From Macrostomum hystrix (lineage: Eukaryota; Animalia; Platyhelminthes): a stretch of DNA of 64,000 bases. Where the stretch lies: contig CATNEN010000009.1 in the NCBI GenBank assembly GCA_950097015.1, positions 1,612,001 through 1,676,000 on the forward strand, written 5' to 3'. The stretch's first letter is position 1. The number at the start of each line of letters is the position of its first letter. The position numbers were made by a program, and so were the translations under genes. Shown one piece after another: positions 37,801 to 48,805 of the stretch. The notes beneath the pieces were generated by a model. It made no database searches. It was given only the letters and a program-made list of their open reading frames with translations, and was not told the origin of the DNA.

Positions 37801-38711
37801 CCTTGGGGGGTCCGAGCAAGCTGCTTGGAGTACTTTTAGCTTGTACTTTTAATTTTATTTTTAATACCGACTGCTCCCCTCACGCAGGTGATGGCCAAGC
37901 TCACGCAGATGCTGTCGGGCTACTCGGAGGCACCGCCCACCGGGCTGGTGCTCTGCGGCGACTTCCTCGGTCCGGCTAGGCGGCACGCGCCAGACAGGCT
38001 GGAGCGCCTGCGCTCAGGCCTGCGGAGACTGCAGGCGTTGATCGGTGAGTGAGACTTGCTGCCCGACCAGTGACCATTCTGGACCTGGCTGCTCAGATGT
38101 TTAAGCACACATTCGAGACTCACTACTCAGTTATTTGAGGACACAATCCCAAACAACCCGCAGACTCGTGCAAGTCAGTGCAGCAGCGGACCACAGTGGT
38201 GCTGGTGCCCGGTCCCAGTGACTCCCCGCTGTCTCCTCTGCTGCCCTACCCGCCCCTGTCTGAGGCTGTGGCTGGCGACCTCGCAACGCAGCAGCAGCGT
38301 GGTAGTGGCCGCATTGTGCTTGGCAGCAACCCTTGCAGGATGCAGTTCTGCACGCAGGAGATTGTGGTGTACAGGCAGCAGCTGTGTGAGAAGCTTTGCC
38401 GACAGGCCCTGAGCTGCCCAGCCGGCTGGGAGGAGCTGACCGGCCACTTCGTGCGCACCGTGCTGTCCCAGGGCCACCTGTCGCCGCTGCCGCTGCACGT
38501 GTCACCTGTTTTGTGGGGCCTGGACCCGGCCCTGCGGCTCTGCCCTCTGCCTGACCTGCTGGTTCTAGCAGACTCGGCTTGTCGGCATTTCCAGCTGCGC
38601 CATGCTGACTGCCTGTGCGTGAATCCCGGCTGCTTCAAGGACTCTGGCTTCAGCTTCCACGTGTACCTGCCCAGGCGCAGGGAGGTGCAGTCTAGCTGCA
38701 TTGCTGGCTGA
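34801..38711 (+). CDS. POLE2: DNA polymerase epsilon subunit 2 (DPB2); exons 34801-34952, 35551-36006, 37095-37434, 37888-38044, 38164-38711
   Basis: LR....AFRLHGL; FLEDPTG...ID; GLPPAE; SDVWLDDPE|VMAKL; LVPGPSD; NPCR; LSQGHLSPLP...PV.W..DPALRL.PLPDLLVLAD. All junctions keep the frame; intron 3 is GC-AG. Confidence 0.93.
34993..35520. repeat. 35-bp minisatellite (CCACTCACAATGAATCATTTGCCATTGCCCTCCAG)n filling POLE2 intron 1
   Basis: Directly visible, about 15 units. Confidence 0.96.
35987..36108 (+). repeat. 49-bp tandem triplication spanning the POLE2 exon 2 splice donor
   Basis: GTGCTGGGCATGCTGACTCG|GTGAG starts at 35987, 36036 and 36085. Confidence 0.95.
36181..36960. mobile_element. About 780-bp foldback/MITE-like element with long imperfect inverted arms in POLE2 intron 2
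   Basis: GCCAAC...TCGCCAG...GAGCGTCGAGATATTCAATGG...TTCTGGCC.AAGGTCAGATTTTTCC...GGAGCTGCTGGACCTTCAACAAG on the left is mirrored as a reverse complement on the right. No coding capacity seen. Confidence 0.8.
37615..37735 (-). mobile_element. SINE family A copy in POLE2 intron 3
   Basis: Reverse complement TTGAAGGTCAGGGTTTGATTCCCG...TTTGTGTCCTTTAGCAAG...CAGTTCACCCAGCTGTTAAA matches 7410-7545. Confidence 0.75.
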
Positions 38712-39024
38712 GCAGCTATACTCACTATCACTGATTATTGTGCTCAGAATGTCAACGCACCCTCAGAACCGCGTGTTCTCAAATTGTTTCCAATATGCAT
38801 TTCGTCCTCTGCTAGCCTGTAGGCCAATCTGTGCAATTTAAATCCTGCATTTCTTTTTACACCCTCCTTGGCAAAGCTGTACTCAGCTGGAAATAGCAAA
38901 TCATGAACTCTGAAATAAACCCTTGAAACTGTGCACTCTACTTGTAGCTAGTATTTTGCTAATCTTCTGCCAAGTGAACTTGCCATGTTTGTCTACAGTT
39001 TTTACTTTTGTTATTATTTGCAGG

Positions 39025-39310
39025 AGGGCTGCGGGCAGTGGCACATCATTTGGTGACACCAGACCCGCAGCCAGCGAGGAGGCAATTCTGCCCATTCCGC
39101 TGACTCCTGAGCACACACGCACGCAGATGTGTGCAAGCACACGCTCACACAGGTGTGAATATCTGCCCTGAATTTCTCATGATCAGGCAGTGTACACTCA
39201 CTGTGCCTTGCAGGTTGGCCCTCAATGGCGTAAATTGCAGGACAAGCCAACAAGCCTTCTCCCCGCGGCTGCGCCCTAAATGAATGTGGCTTGATTGCAG
39301 GGCCTGGGCG
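39025..39310 (-). mobile_element. SINE-like family B copy
   Basis: Aligns with the 4005, 7553, 26345 and 41160 copies. Confidence 0.8.
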
Positions 39311-39413
39311 AGATCACCAGTTGAAGAGTTTTGTTTGTTGATCAGACACACGAAACTCCACTTCTAGACAATGGGGAACAATTGCCTAGGAATTTATAAC
39401 AGTCACGTGACAC

Positions 39414-39758
39414 TTACTGCAATTGCTTCTTATTACTAAGTAGTTTGTAGTCTTCTGGGTCCCTGTAGTCCGGTAGTTCTCCTTCTCCTTGTTCTGGTCG
39501 ACCGTGAGGTTTCGAGTCTGTGTTTCCTGAGTCTTTGTAGTCTTGTCTTCTTTTGTCTTCCTGGCAGCTGCTTGAGTTCGTCTGTTGGCCAATAAATGAC
39601 GAGAGCGAATCAGATGAATTGTCGGTTTCCTCGAGCTCGGAATTCACAATAGAAACGTGCGCCCTAGTGAACAATTGAGATCTCTCTTGTATATCTCTAA
39701 TGACGTCCTCCTGAAGGGCGTCTTCTTCGTTACCTCCGAAAGATAACGGATAACTCAA
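39414..39758 (-). other. Unassigned acidic, low-complexity open frame (possible exon)
   Basis: 114-codon stop-free frame rich in D/E/S/Q. No recognisable motif and no confident splice partners. Confidence 0.25.
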
Positions 39759-40347
39759 ATCAAATCAATCAATAATGCTCTAGGAATGTATCCTAGGAAA
39801 CAAGGAGGCCTTTCTCAAATGTATCGACGATGTGTGGCTCTCGTAAACTTAGTTCAGTTCAACAACGATTGCTAGCAATAAGTAACTCAGTTTAGTGAAG
39901 CGTTTACCACTTGTCAGAGATGAGTCCTCTTCTTCGTAAAGCTGTTTTGAAGTCCGGTAGACCGCTCCGAGTCTGAATTTTCAGCTCGGATTTTCGCTTG
40001 TATTTAAAGTAAAATTTTGGGGAAAAACCAGTTCTACTACCGGGTGTTGACTTAGGTCACAAATATTTGTTTAGAGAGTCATGATTGTGAGTTTTACCAT
40101 ATTTGGAATATTGTGTAAATACAGATGCAGAAACCGATGAGTCATAATTGTTCGTTTTACCATATTTGGAATTCAAGAAAATACAGCTGTCGAGAACCGG
40201 TTCTCCGGTTTCATGTCACATGACTTGTTTCTAAAAATAGCGCAAGACTCATTCCTAAAAATAGATTAAACGCTCTATCTAAGGTTTCCTTGTGATATTA
40301 CTTTAAGTAGCGCGTTTAAGCAAATGGAAATTTTACTACTCTCTACA

Positions 40348-40425
40348 GGGTGTCAGCATTGGTGACTGGGGTGTCAGCATTGGTGACTGGGGTGTCAGCA
40401 TTGGTGACTGGGTGTCAGCATTGGC
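40348..40425. repeat. Short array of 21/22-bp unit GGGTGTCAGCATTGGTGACTG (inverted copy of the 42545 array)
   Basis: About 3.5 units, the exact reverse complement of CAGTCACCAATGCTGACACCC. Confidence 0.9.
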
Positions 40426-40729
40426 ACTAACTTGTGCATGCAGCGAGGCGTGAATTTGTCATTTTGTCTGGATGATTAAAATAAGTTATTAATCTGCTCC
40501 TTAGTCATCTAAAATAGAATAAGTCAGATCTTCAAGCAGACCAGTTTAATTTAAAGCAAAATGCAAACACATGACAGCGAATGCACACTTACACAATATA
40601 AACCATTCACTGGAAGCCGAACTAAAATGCAAAAGAACAATCAGAGTCAAGGTGCATGTATGCAAAAGAGATCATGCAACAGTCCCGAGCAGTTTGCACG
40701 TCTCGCATGAGACTACTGACAGTAGAATG

Positions 40730-42480
40730 TCAGGCGCAGCGGCCGTGTGGCCCGACCAGCAAGCCTGCCAATGCGGCAGTCAGCAGTGGCCCCAGAAGGG
40801 CGGCGCACGAGTACCAGCTCTCCAGCTGCTCAGACAGACTGACAGCTGCGCCGCCGCCGCACATCGCTCGCCCGCTGTCCGCCCAGACGCCGCGGCTGCG
40901 CATGCGGGCCTCCAAGTCGGGCAGCAGGCAGGGCGCCGGGCAGAAGGGAATTCCCAGCCGGCTGGCCGGCAGGTCGGAGGAGTTTTTGTACAGCAGGCGC
41001 AGCTCGCCGCTGGCCCGCAGCTCGGCCACAATGCAGGCTGCCATCGGGGGCTGCAGCCCGTTGAACACTTGGAAAGCGTGCAGCAGAGCAGCCACGGTGC
41101 TGTCGTGAGCTGAGTACAGCTGCACCTGCTGCAAAGGTAATGAAAGCAATTGCAGGAGGGGTGCGGGCCCCTTAGTGACACTAGACCCCCAGCCGGCGAG
41201 GAGGCAATTCTGCCCATTTCGCTGACTCATGAGCACACGCATGCGGATACTGTACGCAGGCACACGCTCACACAGGTGTGTACATCTGCCCTGACTTGCT
41301 AATCATCAGGCAGTGAAGGCAGGCACTTCACTGTACCTTCGTGGTTGGCCCATAAGGGGGTACATTTTATGACAGGGCTCCAAGCCTTTGAGGCAACATG
41401 AATGTGGCCTCTCCTCGGAATCAAGCTCAGGGACCTTGGCGCGAGGGGCAAACGCGTTAACCGCTGAATTCACTCGCAGGCTGAGCCAACAACAGGGATG
41501 TTCAGCAAATGTTCTCACACTATGAGAATCGGTTTGAGCACACTCTAGAAGAAATCCCTGCGCACCTACCTTGTTGCTGCGGCCCTGAAGGCGCAGCCGC
41601 ATGTCGCCCAGCAGGGTGGCCACCAGCAGGCTGGCCCTGGCTGAGTGCAGGCTGCGCTCCTCGAACATCCACACAAACTTGCGCCGCTTCAGCTCACGCA
41701 GGCCGGCCAGCACGCTCTCGTTGGCCCAGGCGGGCAGAGCCAAGCCCATGCGCTGCCAGGAGCTGACACTGTCGTGCACTTTCCACAACTGGCTGACTGG
41801 GCTGGAGGCTCCAGGCAGAGGCCAGCCGGTGTGGTGCCGGCACAGCCGAGCCAGCCAGTCGAACTCGCGCGCAGCCGCGGCGAACGGGCCGGCGGGCCGG
41901 GCCCGGAATCGGCGCCAACCCCGCTCGTAGGCAGCGCACGGAGAGGACATCTTCAGCAGCTGATCGATGTCTTTGGGCTTCGAGTGGATCTGCGGCAGGA
42001 CGGAGAATATTGAAGGGGATCTATAAGCCTTCTCCTAGCTGCTTAGGGTTGTCGAAACACCAAAACTCGACTCACAGGTGCTGGGAAACAGGCGGGCAGG
42101 CTGGAGTCGCGACCGCGACACTGGTCCGGAAACATGCCAGCCAGCAGAGCCTGGGCGCTCATCAGGGTCCGGTCTGTGTCCGTGCTGCGGGCTCGCATAC
42201 TACTGACGTTGAATCGGCTCGGCAGCCAGTTGCCATAGTGACCGCGCAGCCAGGAGCCCAGCTGGAAGAGCTGCCGGACTCCGCTGTCGAGCAGCTGGGC
42301 CCGGCCTACTCGGTCCAGGACGGCCTGGTGCGGATCCACGGGCAGCGAGCGCATGGCACTGCGATCACCGTGTCTGAACAGAAGCGCCACCTGCAGCAGC
42401 TCACCGGCATCCCCAGCCGCCTGGCAGGTGTGGATACAGCTGGCCGCTGCAGACAGCAGCAGCAACGACAGATACAGCAT
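40730..42480 (-). CDS. ACP2-like: Histidine acid phosphatase (ACP2/ACPP-like, branch 2); exons 42480-42076, 41989-41570, ~41128-40730
   Basis: Signal peptide; RHGDR motif; RSTDTDRTLMSAQALLAGMFP; YSAHDST acid motif; hydrophobic C-terminus. Phase-0 junctions. Confidence 0.9.
41160..41455 (-). mobile_element. SINE-like family B, near full length, in acid phosphatase intron 2
   Basis: tRNA-like head (...CAAGGTCCCTGAGCTTGATTCC) plus a body shared with the four other copies. Confidence 0.8.
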
Positions 42481-42544
42481 GCTTCACAACAGGCCAGCTG
42501 CATTGATAGCATGGATTGCTCAGTCGATCGGGATTTGAAATTTT

Positions 42545-43120
42545 CTGACACACCAGTACCAATGCAGACACCCAGTCACCAATGCTGACACCCAGTCACC
42601 AGTGCTAACACCCCAGTCATTAATGCTGACACCCAGTCACCAATGCTGACACCCCAGTCATCAATGCTGACACCCCAGTCACCAATGCTGACACCCAGTC
42701 ATCAATGCTGACACCCCAGTCACCAGTGCTGACACCCAGTCACCAATGCTGACACCCCAGTCACTAATGCTGACACCCCAGTCATTAATGCTGACACCCA
42801 GTCACCAATGCTGATACCCAGTCACAAATGCTGACACCCAGTCACCAATGCTGACACCCAGTCACCAATGCTGACACCTAGTCACCAATGCTGACACCCA
42901 GTCACCAATGCTGACACCCCAGTCACCAATGCTGACACCCAGTCACCAATGCTGACACCCAGTCACCAATGCTGACACCCCAGTCACCAATGCTGACACC
43001 CCAGTCACCAATGCTGACACCCAGTCACCAATGCTGACACCCCAGTCACCAATGCTGACACCCCAGTCACCAATGCTGACACCCAGTCACCAATGCTGAC
43101 ATCGTGGCCAATGCTGACAC
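42545..43120. repeat. 21/22-bp minisatellite (CCCAGTCACCAATGCTGACAC[C])n immediately 5' of the phosphatase gene
   Basis: Directly visible, about 26 units. Confidence 0.96.
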
Positions 43121-43949
43121 GCTGCACACAGAACAAACGGGCTGATTCTCTCTTGAAGAATCTCACTCGTCAAGAGACGAGCTGGTGAATGCATAGTGGC
43201 TGGTGTAAGCAGTGACAAGCACTGGAAATCACGGTCTGAAAAAGCTCACGTCATTGTGTGTACTTGCCTGATGAATTGCGACGAGCCTAATTACTGTTTG
43301 AAGCAGGTAAATGTTGGCTTGTACAAGATTTATTGATCCACGGCAACCAGGGCTGCTTGTCCCACCTGGTGTATAGAGTGTGTTCTTATGCGCTTAACTT
43401 TTGAATTCGGCCATAGACATCTCGACCTCCTGAAGATATGAGCTGAAGTTACGATGACTACTCAATTGTCAAAAAGATTCGGTTTGTTGCTAGAGAGCGT
43501 CTATAAAATCCCATAAAAGCTGTCGCAGTGTTATTAGATTTCCAAATCACTGCAGTGACATTCTAGGCGTTGACCTCTGGCTCCAACTCTGCAGACTCGA
43601 AACTTCCTGCACTGTTCCTATCACATAGGGATCACACACACATACACACACACAGGCACACACACATAGCAGCAATGAAACCTAACTAGAATTAATATTG
43701 TCAAGAATGATATAGTCCTTGCACAAGCATGCGTCGTCACGACGATCACCTAGGTGAAAGTAATCCTCACAATGTTGGTCTCGCCGTTGGCCTCGAATCA
43801 CCATGCGCTTAGAAGCCGGCGGTTGGCAGGCTTCGACAGTAAGCTCCGTCTCGGACTCGGAACCCTCGGACACTGTTTCCGCACCTGAAGACAGAAGCGA
43901 TGTCCCTGATGTCACCGCTAATAATGGCGCTCTGAATCTTCTGCCGAGT

Positions 43950-44260
43950 AGTTGACTGGGTAATATACTGTTCCAACGCCTTGGCAATAGAGTGACCGAT
44001 GACGGCCGGGCGATATCACCGCGTTCGATGCCCGCCTCATGCAACTGTGTTGCACAAGCCTTGTGAAGACTGTGATTTGTATACCGCGTGGTGTTGTTCG
44101 GACGAACTTCAGAAACGATGTCCTTCACGAGGTTGGAAAGCAGATTTTTCCCAACCGGTTGCACTGTGTACCAAGCCTTTCCATTGGTTGGAAACCAGTT
44201 TTTATTGCCGGATAGAAACAGAGCAGAGGCGCACTTGGCAGGACAGGGGTGTTCGGGTTT
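43950..44260 (-). mobile_element. Crypton/DUF3504-type tyrosine recombinase remnant
   Basis: WYTVQPVGKNLLSNLVKDI...RYTNHSLHKACATQLHEAG parallels WYYPNKPVGVDTL...KYTNHCIRSTVVKELADAG at 55.7-55.9 kb. The HxxR Arg is altered and the GH..Y end is missing. Confidence 0.75.
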
Positions 44261-45134
44261 CCATTTAGTTTCGGGCACACTGACCCCGAACCCGGAACCC
44301 GACCCGGACTTAAAACCCGACCCGACCCCGAAGTTTACCCGACCATCTCCTGGACTTGGAGTCATGGTTGAGGACAGTATGCTTGTCTTAAAATACCAGT
44401 ATTCCGCCTTTTCCTCTTTATACTTTTCAATTGTTAACTCTTCTGCCCACTATGACTACACTACTCAACTCCTCAGTCGTACTTATGATTTTGATAAGCA
44501 TCTAAAAGATCAGGTAGGTCAGGTAGACTCTGACCTACCTGACTGTGTTCATATTTATCTGCTCTTATAGCCTCAGACATGCTGCTAGTCAGTAGTCAGC
44601 AACAGTGTAGCCCTAGCCCCGCATACATAAATTATAAGCTAAGGCTAAAAGCAGGGCTAAGGCTAGAGCTTATATGCTAGAAAAATAAACCGCAAAAAGC
44701 TTTAATGAATGGATGACAGTAAACGAACCTGCTATATAGAGAATAGATAATCATTAATATGATTTGCTCTGTTTAGTAAAGGTCTACAAGTTCTCTGTTA
44801 GCCTGGATGTGGGATTACCTACTTAACTAGCTGGCTAGGTAAAAATAAAACATAATTAAAGACATAAGACATAATGCAGTTTAGACTTTAGATATATAGG
44901 TCATTCCTTTCACTATGGAATATTATAATGCAGGGCCGAAAATTCGTAGAATGATGTATTTACATTAGAATGATTACTGGATCACGATTATTAAGTCATT
45001 CCTTAGTGCAGTGCATTATGCGTACGCCAGTTAGTTCACGAGGTAATTTTTTAAATTGGCGCGATTCTGAAAGACGCTTTATCACATAATAAGGCAATAC
45101 TAATTAATTAAAACTGAAACAAAATTAAAAAATC

Positions 45135-45295
45135 CGGAAACCCCGAACCCGGTGCTAAAACCCGACCCGGAAACCCGAACCCGAACACCCTACGCCGAAC
45201 CTCGAACCCGACCGGGACACCTACCCCCGAACCCCGAACCCGGTACCAAAACCCGACCCGAAACCCGACCCGACCCCGAACCCCGAACACCCCTA
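45135..45295. repeat. Degenerate CCCGA(A/C)-based repeat; a second patch lies at 44265-44345
   Basis: Directly visible. Confidence 0.8.
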
Positions 45296-45344
45296 GGCAG
45301 GACGAACACAAACATATTTCAGGTACAGGCAGACTACACATTTC

Positions 45345-46742
45345 TAACAGCTTCAATATCTAACAGCTTTAATATCTAACAGCTTCAATATCTAACAGCT
45401 TCAATATCTAACAGCTCCAATATCTAACAGCTTCAATATCTAACAGCTTCAATATCTAACTACTCCAATATCTAACAGCTTCAATATCTAGCAGCTTCAA
45501 TATCTAACAGCTTCAATATCTAACAGCTCCAATATCTAACAGCTTCAATATCTAACAGCTTCAATATCTAACAGCTCCAATATCTAACAGCTCCAATATC
45601 TAACAGCTTCAATATCTAGCAGCTTCAATATCTAACAGCTTCAATATCTAGCAGCTTCAATATCTAACAGCTCCAATATCTAACAGCTCCAATATCTAAC
45701 AGCTTCAATATCTAACAGCTTCAATATCTAACAGCTCCAATATCTAACAGCTTCAATATCTAACAGCTTCAATATCTAACAGCTCCAATATCTAACTGCT
45801 CCAATATCTAACAGCTTCAATATCTAGCAGCTTCAATATCTAACAGCTTCAATATCTAACTACTCCAATATCTAACAGCTTCAATATCTAGCAGCTTCAA
45901 TATCTAACAGCTTCAATATCTAACAGCTTCAATATCTAACAGCTTCAATATCTAACAGCTTCAATATCTAACAGCTTCAATATCTAACAGCTCCAATATC
46001 TAACAGCTCCAATATCTAACAGCTTCAATATCTAACAGCTTCAATATCTAACAGCTCCAATATCTAACAGCTTGAATATCTAACAGCTCCAATATCTAAC
46101 AGCTCCAATATCTAACTGCTCCAATATCTAACTGCTCCAATATCTAACAGCTTCAATGTCTAGCAGCTTCAATATCTAACAGCTTCAATATCTAACAGCT
46201 TCAATATCTAACAGCTTCAATATCTAACAGCTTCAATATCTAACAGCTTCAATATCTAGCAGCTTCAATATCTAGCAGCTTCAATATCTAGCAGCTTCAA
46301 TATCTAGCAGTTTCAATATCTAACAGCTTCAATATCTAACAGATTCAATATCTAACAGCTTCAATATCTAACAGCTTCAATATCTAACAGCTTCAATATC
46401 TAGCAGCTTCAATATCTAGCAGCTTCAATATCTAGCAGCTTCAATATCTAGCAGTTTCAATATCTAACAGCTTCAATATCTAACAGATTCAATATCTAAC
46501 AGCTTCAATATCTAACAGCTTCAATATCTAACAGCTTCAATATCTAACAGCTTCAATATCTAACAGCTTCAATATCTAACAGCTTCAATATCTAGCAGCT
46601 TCAATATCTAGCAGCTTCAATATCTAGCAGCTTCAATATCTAGCAGTTTCAATATCTAACAGCTTCAATATCTAACAGATTCAATATCTAACAGCTTCAA
46701 TATCTAACAGCTTCAATATCTAACAGCTTCAATATCTAACAG
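45345..46742. repeat. 16-bp minisatellite (TAACAGCTTCAATATC)n
   Basis: Directly visible, about 87 units. Confidence 0.97.
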
Positions 46743-46789
46743 CCCTGTCGCCGCTGCTCCCTCAATGGATTTCGACCTACCTGCCTCAC

Positions 46790-47280
46790 CTGCTGGGGAA
46801 ATCCCTGGGGTAGGGTAAGAATGAGAATCTCTGGGGTAGGGGAAGAATGGGAATCCCTGGGGTAGGGGAAGAATGGGAATCCCTGGGGTAGGGGAAGAAT
46901 GGGAATCCCTGGGGTAGGGGAAGAATGGGAATCTCTGGTGTAGGTAGAAGAATGGGAATCCTTGGGGGAGGGGAAGAATGGGAATCCCTGGGGTAGGGGA
47001 AGAATGGGAATCCCTGGGGTAGGTAGAAGAATGGGAATCCTTGGGGGAGCGGAAGAATGGGAATCCCTGGGGTAGGGGAAGAATGGGAATCCCTGGGGTA
47101 GGGGAAGAATGGGAATCCCTGGGGTAGGGGAAGAATGGGAATCTCTGGTGTAGGTAGAAGAATGGGAATCCTTGGGGGAGGGGAAGAATGAGAATCTCTG
47201 GTGTAGGTAGAAGAATGGGAATCCTTGGGGGAGCGGAAGAATGGGAATCCCTGGGGTAGGGGAAGAATGGGAATCCCTAC
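46790..47280. repeat. 26-bp G-rich minisatellite (GGGAATCCCTGGGGTAGGGGAAGAAT)n
   Basis: Directly visible. Confidence 0.96.
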
Positions 47281-48146
47281 TGCTCACGACGAAACTGCTC
47301 ATGATCCTCTTCGTTTTCTAAATATATTTTTATGCGTTTTGTTTTATTGAGTGACGACCAAAAGTCAATTGCTCAGGGAATACTGTATTTCAATATTCCT
47401 AACATGGTGATAATTGCTTGCTTCGCAATGAACAACTTCAATTGTCCGTTCCAGATATTTAATCGGGATTCATAAGACAAAATGAAAGATGAACAAAATG
47501 TAAAAGGTGTGCGAATGTTTCTGAACAGATGAATAAAGTTCCCCAGTAGGGTGGCTCAATTAGCAACACAAGCATTGGCACAGTTCTTTACTTCTGCTGA
47601 CCTCCCCGCCTGTTGCCTTCGCTCTGCCACCGCTTTTCATCTCCAGCCGGGCCTCCAGGAGGGCCCATTGTTATTCTGGCTTCTTCTCTGTAAATGCGGC
47701 TTTGTATTTTTAGTTGCGTTTTCATTTTATTAATTAATTTTCCACATCATGCGTGTCTCTTTTTAACTTCTTTGTTCCAGGTTTTCAAATAATTTTATAA
47801 GACATCTGACAGCCAGTCAGCCTATAGCGGTCCGGACAATGGGCTGCTTCTCCTAACACAATGAAAACTGCCGCAGAAAGGGCTGTTCACTGTCCATAGT
47901 AACAGACAAATAAGCCACATACAATGGCTGGCTGGCTGGCAAGCCTCTCATTGTTTGTTGCCTACATCATCCAATCCTTGTCTCGTTTCAGCTTACTAGT
48001 ACGGGCTCTCAATATATGTAAAGGCTTGTGGCCGCATCTTTGAATATGAATCGTGTGATGTACCTGGCACATGCTGTGATGTTTGGGGTGAGCAGTGAGG
48101 GCGCGGGCAGTAGGGGCATTGGCTTGTATCTTCAACAAGTATCTGC

Positions 48147-48793
48147 AGCGCTGACAGAACAAGGTCATCAGAAAGTGAGGACCACACAAGGGACGGCAGT
48201 CACAATGCTGCCCAGGAACCGGAGAAGACTGGCTGTGCGGCACCTCTCTTTCATGGATCCCCGTTTCCATGGTGACAGGTTGCAGAGCGTTTGCTCATCC
48301 CGCCTTTCAGACAACAACTCTGTACTTTACATTGCTAAGCATAATGGAATGGCAGCCAGGCCTCTCCTCAGGTTCATTTGTTCCCTCTTTCCCGCTCCCA
48401 GAACGCAGCCCAGAGCAAAATGCTGTGTGACTCAATGGTCTTCTAAGCTGACAGGCAACCCACTCTCCTATTCACATCGGGCTATTGTCCTTGGGCGGCA
48501 AGGATTCTTCCAACCGGTTTCCCGCTCTTCTGTATGCGTCTGTTGTGTTCCCTAGACAACCGCTCCTCAGCCACCTCAATCCTCTGCCTGCATCCGATTA
48601 CAATGTCCCCACTCTGTTTCCAGTTTATTATTTACCTTGACGACCGCTCCCCAGCCACCCCTTCACCAACTGTTCGCCCACCCCGCCCATACCCCCCGGC
48701 ATCCGTGGGAGAGAGGTACCGCGTAGCCAGTTTTATCCGGTTCCTGGGCAGATTGTGATTGCTGTGATTGTGATACCTTGTTTTGTCAGCGCT
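48147..48793. mobile_element. About 650-bp segment bounded by imperfect 70-90-bp inverted repeats (MITE-like)
   Basis: AGCGCTGACAGAACAAGGT...GCAGTCACAATGCTGCCCAGGAACCGGAGAAGACTGGCT versus AGCCAGTTTTATCCGGTTCCTGGGCAGATTGTGATTGC...ACCTTGTTTTGTCAGCGCT. Confidence 0.6.
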
Positions 48794-48805
48794 TCATGTC
48801 CTACG

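Noticed and set aside
46736-47302. 188-aa Pro-rich ORF (also 51367-52098 and 52493-52792)
   Set aside because: Translations of tandem repeats.
48028-48555. 175-aa ORF
   Set aside because: No recognisable motif or codon bias, and it overlaps an IR-bounded non-coding element.
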